In this document: positions 18,742 through 28,227 of the stretch, piece by piece
How positions within the stretch are numbered: position 1 is the stretch's first letter
Layout: each line of letters begins with the position of its first letter
Source: a virus
Virus record (IMG/VR): IMGVR_UViG_3300047089_000244
Span: 1 to 64,000 of that record
Direction: 5' to 3' (one strand)
Length of the DNA: 64,000 bases
The notes under the pieces: model-generated
What the model was told of the DNA's origin: nothing
The model's database searches: none
What the model saw: the letters and a program-made list of their open reading frames with translations, nothing else
Made by a program: the position numbers and the translations under genes

Positions 18742-21441
18742 TTAAGCCTTCTCCCACACGTTCTGCGCTCGTGACTTGATGATTAGGCCAGGTACGGTAT
18801 CTCCTTCCTGCGTTCCGGTTGGCAGCGCGGGCAACTCGTCATCACGCAGGAAGAAGTCAGAATCAAAGGTATATTCACCGCCAGCAAATGGTTTGTCTGC
18901 TGGGGCGAGTGGGTAGAATACGGTCGGAAGTGCCTTCAAAGGAGCACCACTTTGTTTACCCACTTTCTGGTATTCAATACGGAAAGATCGAATAGATTCA
19001 GTTACGTTCGTAGATACCCTGATATCCTCGCTCACTTTTACCGTTTCAGGACTTATGACTTTATTGATCTGTGCTTCAAGAATTGCGGCGGTGGTGCCTT
19101 CTTCAATTGGTTTGATTTCTTCAGTTTTTTCTGCTCCGGCTGGACCATACACAAGCTGATAAGCACCGCGTTCTGGATGACCCACAATATAAAGAGCTTG
19201 AATCTCCTTTTCAGTTTTATTACCCCATCGAATACGATCGAGAGTGACGCCCTCTAGAGGCTTACCATTGATGTCAGTTTGCCATACGCGAATGAGATTC
19301 GGATCATTCGGTACATCATTTGACCAGCGCACGTTCTGTACCCCGGCGACATTATGGATCTGCTGAAGTAAATCAGAGAGCCGGATGACGCTACCAAAGA
19401 ACTGATCAGCAAAGAACGTTTCGATAGCTTCATGGATCGCGTTGTTGACAGTAGATGGAGTAGCCTGTGGCGCATAGACTACAGTGATGTCAAGCTTGAA
19501 GTAACGAACGCGCGCCTTGTGCGCAAGCAAATCTGTGGTGACTTGCCTGCTGGCCTCTAGAGCGGCTTGTAAATCTTCGATGTTCTGATCGTAGAAATAT
19601 GGCTCGACTTCAACTGTTTCCGGGCTTTCCAGTTCGCTAAATCGCTTACCCGTGTATTCAGGCTCTTCTTTTCCTGGGTTTGGAATACCTTCTTCGGGTT
19701 TACCCAAGTCAGCAGGAATTGTAGCGCTCCACTCAATGCCATCTCGTGCTCTGATTGTACCGCCATAACCCGAGACATCATGTACAAGCCAATAGTGATG
19801 TCCCCGGTAGTATTTATTTTCACCAATTGTGATCTGCGCTGGGATACCTAGCACGGGCAATGCAAATAGCGTTGTGAGAATATTACCTTCAAGCGGTCGC
19901 TTGGTTGGTTCTCCATCTCGTCGGTAGTTCTCGTAGTAGTACATACTCGTCGGGTTATCTACGAACGCCTGTGAGTTGCCCGCTAATGGTGCTGTGAAAA
20001 TCGTGGATGTGGACTGTTCGTTTGTACCGTCAATGTAGACATCGACTGCATTAGTGACATTGTGCAAAATACTATTGCGTGATGCCAAAGACGTGTAGGC
20101 ATATTCGAAGAGAATAACGTCATTTGGCGATAAAGCCTGAATGGCTTCTTCGCTGCCAAGGTAGACATTGGTAAAGGTAACGTTTGGCTGATTTTTACCA
20201 GTGATGTTAGTGCGCGGGTCTACACCCACACCATCGATCATGGCACGCAGCGTGTCACCTTGGAGCAATGGAGGGTAGTTAAAGTTGAAGTCCACACCTT
20301 CACGGAAGAAGAATTTACTGATACCAGATGTGGTATCGGAGATGAAGACTGGAAGCCCTTTCCAAATTTCCTTGGCAAACGGATTCGTGGATAGGGCGGT
20401 TGTCCATTTAGTGACGAGCGTTTCGTAGTATGGTTTCCATTCACCGACAAATACCCAGCCACCTTCAACGGTGCTAGCAAGTGCTTTGGAGACGACGATT
20501 TCTGTAGGTGATTTGATTTCTGCGATAGTACCGGAAACTGCCAAGATTGGACTATCTTCAGATTTGAAGACCTCAACTGGGTCGCCTACTTTGATCCCTA
20601 TAGTAGATGGAATCGTGACAACATTACTGCCATTTACACCAGAGCCACGTACCATAAGCGGGTATGGATATCCACCATAAGATTCCCCTCCACCAAAGGG
20701 GTAGGAGGTCTGATCTGTGCCCGCCGGTACCTGGATGTACTCTTGGTATTTGGAGATTGGCCCGATGACGTTAGCCTTGGTGCTGAAGGCAGTCGCTACG
20801 CATAGCGCAAGGAACTGGTCTTCGGTGCCTGCGAGGTTACGGAAGACGGTGTTCTTAAAGCGCGTCTTGAGGCTATTGTCATCTTCCTGATCGTTACCTC
20901 CGGTAGTAGCCGCAGGATTCGTAACAGATGTGATTCCCAGAACAGGCGCAAACGACATAATCGTGATTGCTTCGGCTGGCACATCACCAATCGAACCAGG
21001 AGTTTTTGCCTTGATCGGAACAAGCCCTGTTTCAGATTCTCCTACATGCAGGGTGATTGTTGAAGTTGTAACGAATTCGGGTAGGATACCATCGGTAGCT
21101 GTCGAAATATGAGACTTTAGAATCACTCCGGACGGGATAACGATATTCACCGTAGCGGGGGTATTGCGTTTGAACTTGACGAAGCCTGTGGCTAGGGTTG
21201 CTTTTTGCCGTTCGAAACCAAAGAGCGACATGAAATTAGTAAGATTCGAACCGAACTTACTATCCACATTGAGCGCTTCTTGAAGTCCCACGAGATCAAT
21301 AGAGTTTTCAGCGATGGCTCCCGATACCGTATCGAAGACAAGACGCTCAGGGGTGCCTACTTCGGCAGAGATGGTAGGCTTGAGCAGACGAATCTGCGCA
21401 ACCATCTGTTCTGCTATCTGGGTTTGAGTTAGAACGGGCAT
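18742..21441 (-). CDS. baseplate J/gp6-like wedge protein
   Basis: L..F..LFG.ER..A..ATG.V.F, G..G, N..ATTGG.DQEDD..LK.R; IH.V.GV.NV. Confidence 0.9.
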   Translation of the reverse strand: MPVLTQTQIAEQMVAQIRLLKPTISAEVGTPERLVFDTVSGAIAENSIDLVGLQEALNVDSKFGSNLTNFMSLFGFERQKATLATGFVKFKRNTPATVNIVIPSGVILKSHISTATDGILPEFVTTSTITLHVGESETGLVPIKAKTPGSIGDVPAEAITIMSFAPVLGITSVTNPAATTGGNDQEDDNSLKTRFKNTVFRNLAGTEDQFLALCVATAFSTKANVIGPISKYQEYIQVPAGTDQTSYPFGGGESYGGYPYPLMVRGSGVNGSNVVTIPSTIGIKVGDPVEVFKSEDSPILAVSGTIAEIKSPTEIVVSKALASTVEGGWVFVGEWKPYYETLVTKWTTALSTNPFAKEIWKGLPVFISDTTSGISKFFFREGVDFNFNYPPLLQGDTLRAMIDGVGVDPRTNITGKNQPNVTFTNVYLGSEEAIQALSPNDVILFEYAYTSLASRNSILHNVTNAVDVYIDGTNEQSTSTIFTAPLAGNSQAFVDNPTSMYYYENYRRDGEPTKRPLEGNILTTLFALPVLGIPAQITIGENKYYRGHHYWLVHDVSGYGGTIRARDGIEWSATIPADLGKPEEGIPNPGKEEPEYTGKRFSELESPETVEVEPYFYDQNIEDLQAALEASRQVTTDLLAHKARVRYFKLDITVVYAPQATPSTVNNAIHEAIETFFADQFFGSVIRLSDLLQQIHNVAGVQNVRWSNDVPNDPNLIRVWQTDINGKPLEGVTLDRIRWGNKTEKEIQALYIVGHPERGAYQLVYGPAGAEKTEEIKPIEEGTTAAILEAQINKVISPETVKVSEDIRVSTNVTESIRSFRIEYQKVGKQSGAPLKALPTVFYPLAPADKPFAGGEYTFDSDFFLRDDELPALPTGTQEGDTVPGLIIKSRAQNVWEKA

Positions 21442-21893
21442 TATGCACTCACCGGGATACTTATTTCGATAGTGTCATTGCCGATTTCAAGGGAAAGATT
21501 GCAGAGCAAGTGGTCTTCGGCGGAAACGAAGTTGAGGCTAACAACCCGGAGTAGAATCTCCTCGGGGGTTAACGTAGGCTTGCCGAATTTGATTGCGTCG
21601 TCTTCGTTTCGTGCGATTTGCTGAGCCTGATAGTTTTGGCAGATACGTAGTAGCTCAGAGCGTACAACAGCAGCGGCGTGATTAAAATCTCTTGTGCCGA
21701 TGACGGTGGTTTCTGGGTTGATTAGGTCTTCCTCTAAGATCGAACCAAATTCTGGGTGAAGTTCCTCGAATCCGAGTGGTGTCAAAATGGCACACACGAG
21801 ATCCTGTTGTAGCTTAGCCGCGTTTACAACGGTACCCAAAGAGGTTCCGCTCAATCCAAGATCGCCATTTTTGAGTTCAAGTGAGAAGGACAT
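21441..21893 (-). CDS. baseplate wedge gp25-like
   Basis: GDL...V....KL.QDL...ILTPLG...HP.FGS. Confidence 0.85.
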   Translation of the reverse strand: MSFSLELKNGDLGLSGTSLGTVVNAAKLQQDLVCAILTPLGFEELHPEFGSILEEDLINPETTVIGTRDFNHAAAVVRSELLRICQNYQAQQIARNEDDAIKFGKPTLTPEEILLRVVSLNFVSAEDHLLCNLSLEIGNDTIEISIPVSA

Positions 21894-21911
21894 TCGTCTA
21901 TTACTATACCG

Positions 21912-23432
21912 TTATGCGCTAGGGAAGAATGCGTATGCAACAGATTTCAATTCTTCCGTACCGGCGGCTTTGACCTCCCATGTGGTTTCCTTAGGGATGA
22001 TGAATGTCATTGGTACAACCGAGCCGTGGTATTCGATTTCCGCCACTTCCGTTCCTCCAATGAAGACATGCGAAGGGTTCTGTTCTTTAGTGGAGATGAT
22101 GGCTAGCGTGATGAACTGGTTACTAGGCGTATACGCTGTGTTATAGAAGAATTTTCCTGATGGTTTGAAGTATTTTTCGATTCCAAAGATGTTACTTTGT
22201 ATTCTAGTGAGCTTACCATTTTCGTTTAGTAAAAGTCGCCCACTCGATGCGCTGATAATAGCGTCCCCAGGTTCAGCTACAATCGATTGGGGAACAAATA
22301 GTTCCCACGGAGCACCTGGATCAGTAGGCTTAACACATAATTTCGGTTCGATTATCCATACAAATTCATCAGATACTTCGCCCCCTTTCCCTTTGACTGT
22401 AATTTTGACTGTAAAATGTCCGACATGTTTTGGGGTTCCGGTAATTTTTCCTGTGGAGGAATTGATAGACAGTCCTTCGGGCAACCCGGTGGCTTGGTAT
22501 TCTTCTGTATTGGTGGCCACGATTGTCAGTGAAACCGTTTCGCCTACATGATTGTCTTGAGTCCCTGGATTTGTCAAAACGGGTGGTTCTTTAGACGGAG
22601 CCGAAAGAGCAAGTAATTCTGGTGTTTTGCCTTCGAGGATAGATCCTAATGACAACCATTCCGGTTCTTCAATTTTAGTGGCAATTGATATACGAGCAAT
22701 ATATCCTTTTTTGGGTCCTTCGCGCCAACAGAGACAATAAAGATAGGTGGAGTCGATAGAGATCCCATGTGTTTCGCCTATTGTTTCAAACCATTCTTCT
22801 GGTTCAGTCCCGTCGATCTTAGCGCGAAAAATAAATCCTTCACCTGTATTGACGTAAATGTGTGTTGAATCAAGAACAATCTGTTCGGGGGTTCTTGTGA
22901 GTTTAATCCATTCTACTTCAACTTCAGTCCCATCAAGCTTCGCGCGACCGATGGCCTCATTGAATCCTTTAGGTCTGCCGATCCAATAAATATGAGTGGC
23001 GTCAACAGTGATGCCCCTGATTTTATTTTGATTTTCAGTAACTACAAGTTTTTCAGTTTTTTCAGTACCATCGAGGTTGGCACGTCCAATTTCGTTAGAT
23101 GATCCTTCTCCCGATTGCGTTTTAGCCCAATAGATATGAGTTTCATCGACGGTGATTTGAACTTCATAACCTGATTTCCCGGCCCATGTGATCCATTCTT
23201 TTTCAACTCCAGTCCCATCAAGCTTCGCGCGATTGATTGAAGGAGTTGGCGAACCACCAATTTGATTACTGGACCAATAAATATGAGTAGCACTTGTGGC
23301 GATACTCGTAACCCGTTCAGTGAGTGCTTTGATAAATTCGAATTCGGGTGCTGTTGGACCAGGATATAACGAACGTGACAACTCACCTTTGAGTTCACTA
23401 AATTGCTCCCAGAAATAGAAATATTGACTCAT
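21912..23432 (-). CDS. tail-associated protein: YWTD-like beta-propeller, He_PIG Ig domain and spike-like C-terminus
   Basis: Repeats HIYW...IGRA.LDG; ATGLPEGLSINSSTG.ITGTP. Confidence 0.8.
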   Translation of the reverse strand: MSQYFYFWEQFSELKGELSRSLYPGPTAPEFEFIKALTERVTSIATSATHIYWSSNQIGGSPTPSINRAKLDGTGVEKEWITWAGKSGYEVQITVDETHIYWAKTQSGEGSSNEIGRANLDGTEKTEKLVVTENQNKIRGITVDATHIYWIGRPKGFNEAIGRAKLDGTEVEVEWIKLTRTPEQIVLDSTHIYVNTGEGFIFRAKIDGTEPEEWFETIGETHGISIDSTYLYCLCWREGPKKGYIARISIATKIEEPEWLSLGSILEGKTPELLALSAPSKEPPVLTNPGTQDNHVGETVSLTIVATNTEEYQATGLPEGLSINSSTGKITGTPKHVGHFTVKITVKGKGGEVSDEFVWIIEPKLCVKPTDPGAPWELFVPQSIVAEPGDAIISASSGRLLLNENGKLTRIQSNIFGIEKYFKPSGKFFYNTAYTPSNQFITLAIISTKEQNPSHVFIGGTEVAEIEYHGSVVPMTFIIPKETTWEVKAAGTEELKSVAYAFFPSA

Positions 23433-23758
23433 GATGTCTTCTTGTAAAATTTGTTTGATTCTTCAGGGTATTCTACGATGGTCCCTTTAGCATATGCTTG
23501 ATCGCATTCGAAAATAGGATATGGATTCGGGACACTCTGAGGCTCATAAATACTGTCCAAATACCACGATCCATTTTCTTCACTTACCATCCATCTCTCG
23601 CCAGGAATAGGCCAACGAAATGTAGGAGTATAATTATAGGCATTGATGGTGATAACCTCACCATTTCTTGTTTCAGCTTCGATCAGACGTGTAGCTGGAT
23701 TACAAGTGATGATCTTGACTCCGCGTTTTGGTTGTATATTTACGTGATTACTTAACAT
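23429..23758 (-). CDS. baseplate spike N-terminal OB-fold protein
   Basis: Follows hub; R.P.PGE.W.V motif typical of spike OB domains. Confidence 0.6.
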   Translation of the reverse strand: MLSNHVNIQPKRGVKIITCNPATRLIEAETRNGEVITINAYNYTPTFRWPIPGERWMVSEENGSWYLDSIYEPQSVPNPYPIFECDQAYAKGTIVEYPEESNKFYKKTS

Positions 23759-26652
23759 TAGAACGGAGTTTTCTGTAGTGCATTATTTCCACCAAAGGCT
23801 TTGCTATTTTCAGCATTCGTTTTTAGATTTGTCTTGATTGGAATAGCTGGGCGTTGTGGAGGCGCAGTAGCTTTTGCCTTTGTTTCATCACGTAGCGGCT
23901 CGATCAAAGCATCTACCATATTCGGGGGAAGTATTTGGGTATTGGTGGTCGGTTCTCCATTAACGTAGAGAACTGATGGCGCTGTAAGCTGAGCGACTGT
24001 TTGGTATCCGTTGGTAGTGTCCCAAGTGTGCGTGACCGATTCGATGAACATCTGCATACCATGCTCAGGGAAGCCCACCTTGCCACCGGGGAATAACTCG
24101 GGCATAAAGGTGAAAGTAAATGGCGTTTCAAATTGTCGGGACCAACCAAGGAGAAACTGCTGGTAGGCAAGTAGGCACTCATAGATCGTGCTAGTGACCA
24201 GAGGGTATTCCTCCTTGAGCACGCGCGGACCATACCGTCGGAGGAATTCAACTGCCTCCTTACTGTTCATCAAAGCGGATACGCCTGGACGCTTTTGATT
24301 AATTTTTTCTTGTTCGGTATTGTACAGGATGCCTTCGGAGTCCATCGCTTCGAAGATCGTCATGACTCCGGCCTTCTGCTCAATCACTAGAGGGTTGCTT
24401 GTTGGGCTAGCGGGATAGATGGGGTTGCCGAGAGAGAAGACATGTGTGACGAGATTATTATCGCTTAGATCGATTCCTCCATCGATGATCTCAATGTCGT
24501 AAATGAGCCAGTACGCATCGTGGTGACCGAATTCACCGAAATAGTCTGGGTAGAATGCGTAGAAGTCTCCGTTCGGTAGCGACTGGAAGCTGCGCAATGA
24601 AGCCTGGCAGACCTGCTGAACGAAGTTCATGAGTTTCTGCGAATTCATGAGCGCCTTCTGCCCACCAAAGATTTGAGCCTCGGCACGTTCGATGGCTCCA
24701 GGCAAGCTGATGTTCGAGGCGAATGCTGCTGCCGTAGCTTGACTCAGGATAGAATTTGTAGGTGATCCTGAGCCTTCTTCTCCTTTGGCCTTCCCTTCGG
24801 TTTCCCCTTCCGTACCAGCAAGAGCCGGAGGAGGTTTTCCCGTGTATGGTTCTTCGAGTTGTTTGGTGCTCAGGTGCATCGATTCATAAGAGCCGCTTGC
24901 AGAAGGCCATTCGCTTTCATGTTCGCCGCCCCATCCTGCACCTCCTTTAGAATTCTTGTTCCATCCAGTGCTGAAGTAACGACCATTGATGGTCATCCAC
25001 TCGTGTTTAGAGTTCCAATAAATCGTGACCCCTTTACCCTTGGGACCTGGACCCGGTTCGCCGATGTGGCCATAAATATGACCCATTTCACCAGAAGTAC
25101 CGAAAGATGATCCTGTAGGTACAAATCCTCCGGCAGCGAGTACAGCTAAAACAGAACCGGAACAATCGAAACCATTGACTAGAGATCCCCCTGACTCGTG
25201 TTCGGTACCCATGCTGGGTGTACCGACATGTGGATGTCCTCCGCCGAGTGCATACGGGTATTCCCTGTTGCTAATTTCTGAGGCGCGAGAGTCCATGGCG
25301 TCGAACCGGGTCCTTTGACCATTGCCACCCTTGCCTTTGGTTTCCTGCGAATTGCGTTGTGTTTCTTCTGGATTTTCTTCACCAAGACCTTCTTTGAGCG
25401 GGGGTTTAGATGTGGGCGGGTACTGTGAAATGAGACGCTTAGCTTTAGCAAGGTTGGCAGCCCAGTCTTCCTTGTAAGCTTCTTTGCCTGGCTGTTGTGT
25501 CTGGACTGCCCATTCTTCCCAGTTGCCTTCGATCTTGAGATTGGGTTTTTCGACGGAGCGCATGACCGCAGCCTTACAAAATGCTTCAGTCGCCTTAGCA
25601 GTGTCGCGTGCGTCCTCTGGGTAATGGACTTTGATGCCAGGGTAAGGTTCGCCCGATGTGAATTGAAACCAACCCGTAGCTTTAGCGCTATTGAACGATG
25701 TGATCTCCTTCTGGTTAAAACTACACTCGCTCAACGATGTGCCAACAACAAATTCAGGTGGTAGATTGTGACGAGTTGCGATTTCGTTCATCGTTTCCAC
25801 AACCTCCTTGACATTGGTTAAATTACCAGTTGGTTGGTTTTTACCTTCACCTCCGCCTGGTCCTCCCCCTTTTCCATGAGAACTAATCCCGATTGCTGCG
25901 GCCCAGAATAGGTTGATCTCTTCCTGCGCCTTTTTATCATTTTGTTCGAAATCATTCCATAGCCTGTTAATTAACTTAGGTACCGAGGCAGGTACGTCCT
26001 CGATCCAAATCTTCTCATCTTGCCAATCGCCGATGAAAAAGAGGATGGCCCAAAGTAGATTGGCAAATGAGCCATCATTGGTCGCGTATTGCCCACCTTT
26101 TTCAACACCAAAGGGAACACCGTTTGGACTATTCTTGAATCCTTCTTGACCTGCCTTCGCTGCCCATTTGTCTGCCAGTTCAGTGCCCTGTCCACCTTCG
26201 ATCCCCCCGGTGGTAGGACCGATGACCTCGCCTTCAGCACCTTTAGTTGGATTCCAACCGAAGTGTTCAAGTAGACTGAGTGTATACGGCTGTGCAAGCT
26301 GGTACCAGGTGTAAAGGAGTTTCTTTAGTGTGCAGGATGCTTCAAGCGTAATTGGCCCTGGACGCATTTGATAATACGGAGACTTATCTATAAAGCCAGT
26401 AAAGACCTGCACAGGATGACCTGGTGTACGCTCCAGGAAAATTGTGATCGGGTCCATTGGATGAAATGCTACTTCGCCGGGCCGAGTAAAGATTCGATCT
26501 GGATTGCGAAGTGTAAGCTTGGCCGTTGATACTTGATTGATCAATCGATTAATCTCACCGCCAATCACATAGTCTGTCAGGTCCATAATTTCTTCGCGTG
26601 TGTTCTTCACAAAGGCATAACACTTGGGTGAATAGACTAGCCTCTGAGCCAT
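23758..26652 (-). CDS. baseplate hub with lysozyme-like and NlpC/P60-like peptidoglycan hydrolase domains
   Basis: DLTDYV..G.I.R....S.A.L.L.NP hub; SECSFN...ATGWFQF lysozyme-like; YALGGGH...FDCSG...H NlpC/P60. Confidence 0.85.
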   Translation of the reverse strand: MAQRLVYSPKCYAFVKNTREEIMDLTDYVIGGEINRLINQVSTAKLTLRNPDRIFTRPGEVAFHPMDPITIFLERTPGHPVQVFTGFIDKSPYYQMRPGPITLEASCTLKKLLYTWYQLAQPYTLSLLEHFGWNPTKGAEGEVIGPTTGGIEGGQGTELADKWAAKAGQEGFKNSPNGVPFGVEKGGQYATNDGSFANLLWAILFFIGDWQDEKIWIEDVPASVPKLINRLWNDFEQNDKKAQEEINLFWAAAIGISSHGKGGGPGGGEGKNQPTGNLTNVKEVVETMNEIATRHNLPPEFVVGTSLSECSFNQKEITSFNSAKATGWFQFTSGEPYPGIKVHYPEDARDTAKATEAFCKAAVMRSVEKPNLKIEGNWEEWAVQTQQPGKEAYKEDWAANLAKAKRLISQYPPTSKPPLKEGLGEENPEETQRNSQETKGKGGNGQRTRFDAMDSRASEISNREYPYALGGGHPHVGTPSMGTEHESGGSLVNGFDCSGSVLAVLAAGGFVPTGSSFGTSGEMGHIYGHIGEPGPGPKGKGVTIYWNSKHEWMTINGRYFSTGWNKNSKGGAGWGGEHESEWPSASGSYESMHLSTKQLEEPYTGKPPPALAGTEGETEGKAKGEEGSGSPTNSILSQATAAAFASNISLPGAIERAEAQIFGGQKALMNSQKLMNFVQQVCQASLRSFQSLPNGDFYAFYPDYFGEFGHHDAYWLIYDIEIIDGGIDLSDNNLVTHVFSLGNPIYPASPTSNPLVIEQKAGVMTIFEAMDSEGILYNTEQEKINQKRPGVSALMNSKEAVEFLRRYGPRVLKEEYPLVTSTIYECLLAYQQFLLGWSRQFETPFTFTFMPELFPGGKVGFPEHGMQMFIESVTHTWDTTNGYQTVAQLTAPSVLYVNGEPTTNTQILPPNMVDALIEPLRDETKAKATAPPQRPAIPIKTNLKTNAENSKAFGGNNALQKTPF

Positions 26653-27428
26653 TAGAAGCCACCTGCTCCAGGGAGTTTTGAAACGAGTTCAACTTTGGGT
26701 GTTGGGGATGGTTCTGGTGTCGGCGATGGTTGACTTTTAGGCTTAGAATTAGTAGCCGTTTCTTGCTTGCGATAGGTCGGTTGATAAGGTGTTGTAAGAC
26801 CTTCGAGAATGCTGACCCAACTTGACTGTTCGTTTTCAAACACACTCGCTGCAATATCCTCATAGATTCCATCAAACGATTGTGAGATAGCGAAGTTAAA
26901 ACTAAAGACCGGAGCGTATTCACCTTTCTTGTACTTTCGTTCGATACGAGGGATAAATCCTTGTGCGCAGGTGCGTTTGTGTGGACCCCTCATGATTGGG
27001 TTATTGACTCTGATGCCCCCGCCCTTGACCTCTAGCTGGGTGGTGTTGTTGGCAGCATTACCTACGGCCTTCTTCTGGGCTTGGTGAACAAACTCAACTA
27101 GGACTCCATAATCTCCTTGATCGAGGCATTGAGCCTTGACTTTGAGTGACGGCAACACGATATTGTGTGCATAGAAATCGCGTGTGTAACGACCCTGAGA
27201 GGTAGTGCCACTAATACCTACGTCTAGACTCAATTCCAAGACGAAGAAAAGGACCTTTGAAACTCCATCACAAAGCACTCCGTCGGCGCGTGAGAAAGCT
27301 GCGGTACGACGGCTTTCGCTGATGCGTGTTGCGCGAATATCGTACGCTTGCTCAGTCTCGGGCACCACGCCAGCCCAAGACGTGGGTACATAAATTGGCA
27401 ACGAAGCGCTGTTGAATTCGGCGGGCAT
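26652..27428 (-). CDS. tail tube initiator/baseplate protein
   Basis: Start MPAEFN at 27428; position between tape measure and hub. Confidence 0.6.
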   Translation of the reverse strand: MPAEFNSASLPIYVPTSWAGVVPETEQAYDIRATRISESRRTAAFSRADGVLCDGVSKVLFFVLELSLDVGISGTTSQGRYTRDFYAHNIVLPSLKVKAQCLDQGDYGVLVEFVHQAQKKAVGNAANNTTQLEVKGGGIRVNNPIMRGPHKRTCAQGFIPRIERKYKKGEYAPVFSFNFAISQSFDGIYEDIAASVFENEQSSWVSILEGLTTPYQPTYRKQETATNSKPKSQPSPTPEPSPTPKVELVSKLPGAGGF

Positions 27429-27453
27429 TCTATCGATTAAGCTACGTTGCCTT

Positions 27454-28227
27454 CTATTTGTTGCTTTTGATCTTGGAGCCCGGCAGCGTCGTCTTGACGG
27501 TTTCTCCAGCACCTTCGTTACCGAAGTTCGGCTTGGCCCCCACTGCCGTCTCCGTTTGAAAGAAAGTTTCATTAAGATAGGACGGCAACAGAGAGTTGTA
27601 GTAGTCGCCAATCTTAGTAACACCTTGTGCCGCCTTCTTGGCAGTGTCTTCCACGAACTTATCGCCGAGAAACGTGCCTGGTGCGATAAATGGATTCTGA
27701 GCAGGATCGCCAGACTCCGGAGAGATAACACCTTTAAGTGAAAACTGTTCTTTATTGACGAGTTCTTGAACGATGAGATTTTGAAGCTTGCTGACATCTG
27801 GTGTCTTGTCAACGACATGTGCTTTCATTTGCCATTTGGGCGCTACCGTCTCAGTGGCGTACATAAAGCCAGGGGCTTGGAGTGGTTGAATTTCAAAACG
27901 CCATCCACGATGTGCATACTCCATGATCATCGGCACCTGTGAGAATTTATCTGCACTGGCAGCAGCACTTCCTTGTGTGGCTATTGTAAAGTACTCCATG
28001 AAGAAGCCGTAAATTTCCTCCACGTCTTCATATTGTTGAACAGTACCTTCGATGGTTATATCATCAATGTAAACGCTGAGAATCTGTACGACTTCACCGC
28101 CGTAAGTGGGAAATTCAGCAACATTTAGAGCATAGCTCCATCCGATTTCATCTGCACCTGTGGTTATTATTAGAGGTTTGCCACCATTTACTAATTCATG
28201 ATGAAAGAGCAATTGTGTAGCAGACAT
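27454..28227 (-). CDS. tail tube initiator-like protein
   Basis: I.WSY.LN....PTYGGEVVQILS..IDD.TIEG; directly after tape measure. Confidence 0.65.
   Translation of the reverse strand: MSATQLLFHHELVNGGKPLIITTGADEIGWSYALNVAEFPTYGGEVVQILSVYIDDITIEGTVQQYEDVEEIYGFFMEYFTIATQGSAAASADKFSQVPMIMEYAHRGWRFEIQPLQAPGFMYATETVAPKWQMKAHVVDKTPDVSKLQNLIVQELVNKEQFSLKGVISPESGDPAQNPFIAPGTFLGDKFVEDTAKKAAQGVTKIGDYYNSLLPSYLNETFFQTETAVGAKPNFGNEGAGETVKTTLPGSKIKSNK

Noticed and set aside
18547-18760. Shared EKA C-terminus of baseplate J and the next small gene as a target-site duplication
   Set aside because: Only 8 nt match (GAGAAGGC), which is explained as a purine-rich ribosome-binding sequence.
22925-23232. Exact 23-bp direct repeat (22925-22947, 23210-23232)
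   Set aside because: Encodes RAKLDGT in two propeller blades; only two copies, so not CRISPR, att or a DGR template/variable pair.
23429-23470. -1 frameshift fusing the spike to the propeller gene
   Set aside because: The -1 frame is open for only ~10 codons, with no properly phased slippery heptamer; ATGA coupling is sufficient.
27429-27818. Extension of 26652..27818 to 388 aa
   Set aside because: It is an alternative frame of 27454..28227; a late-type motif precedes ATG 27428.
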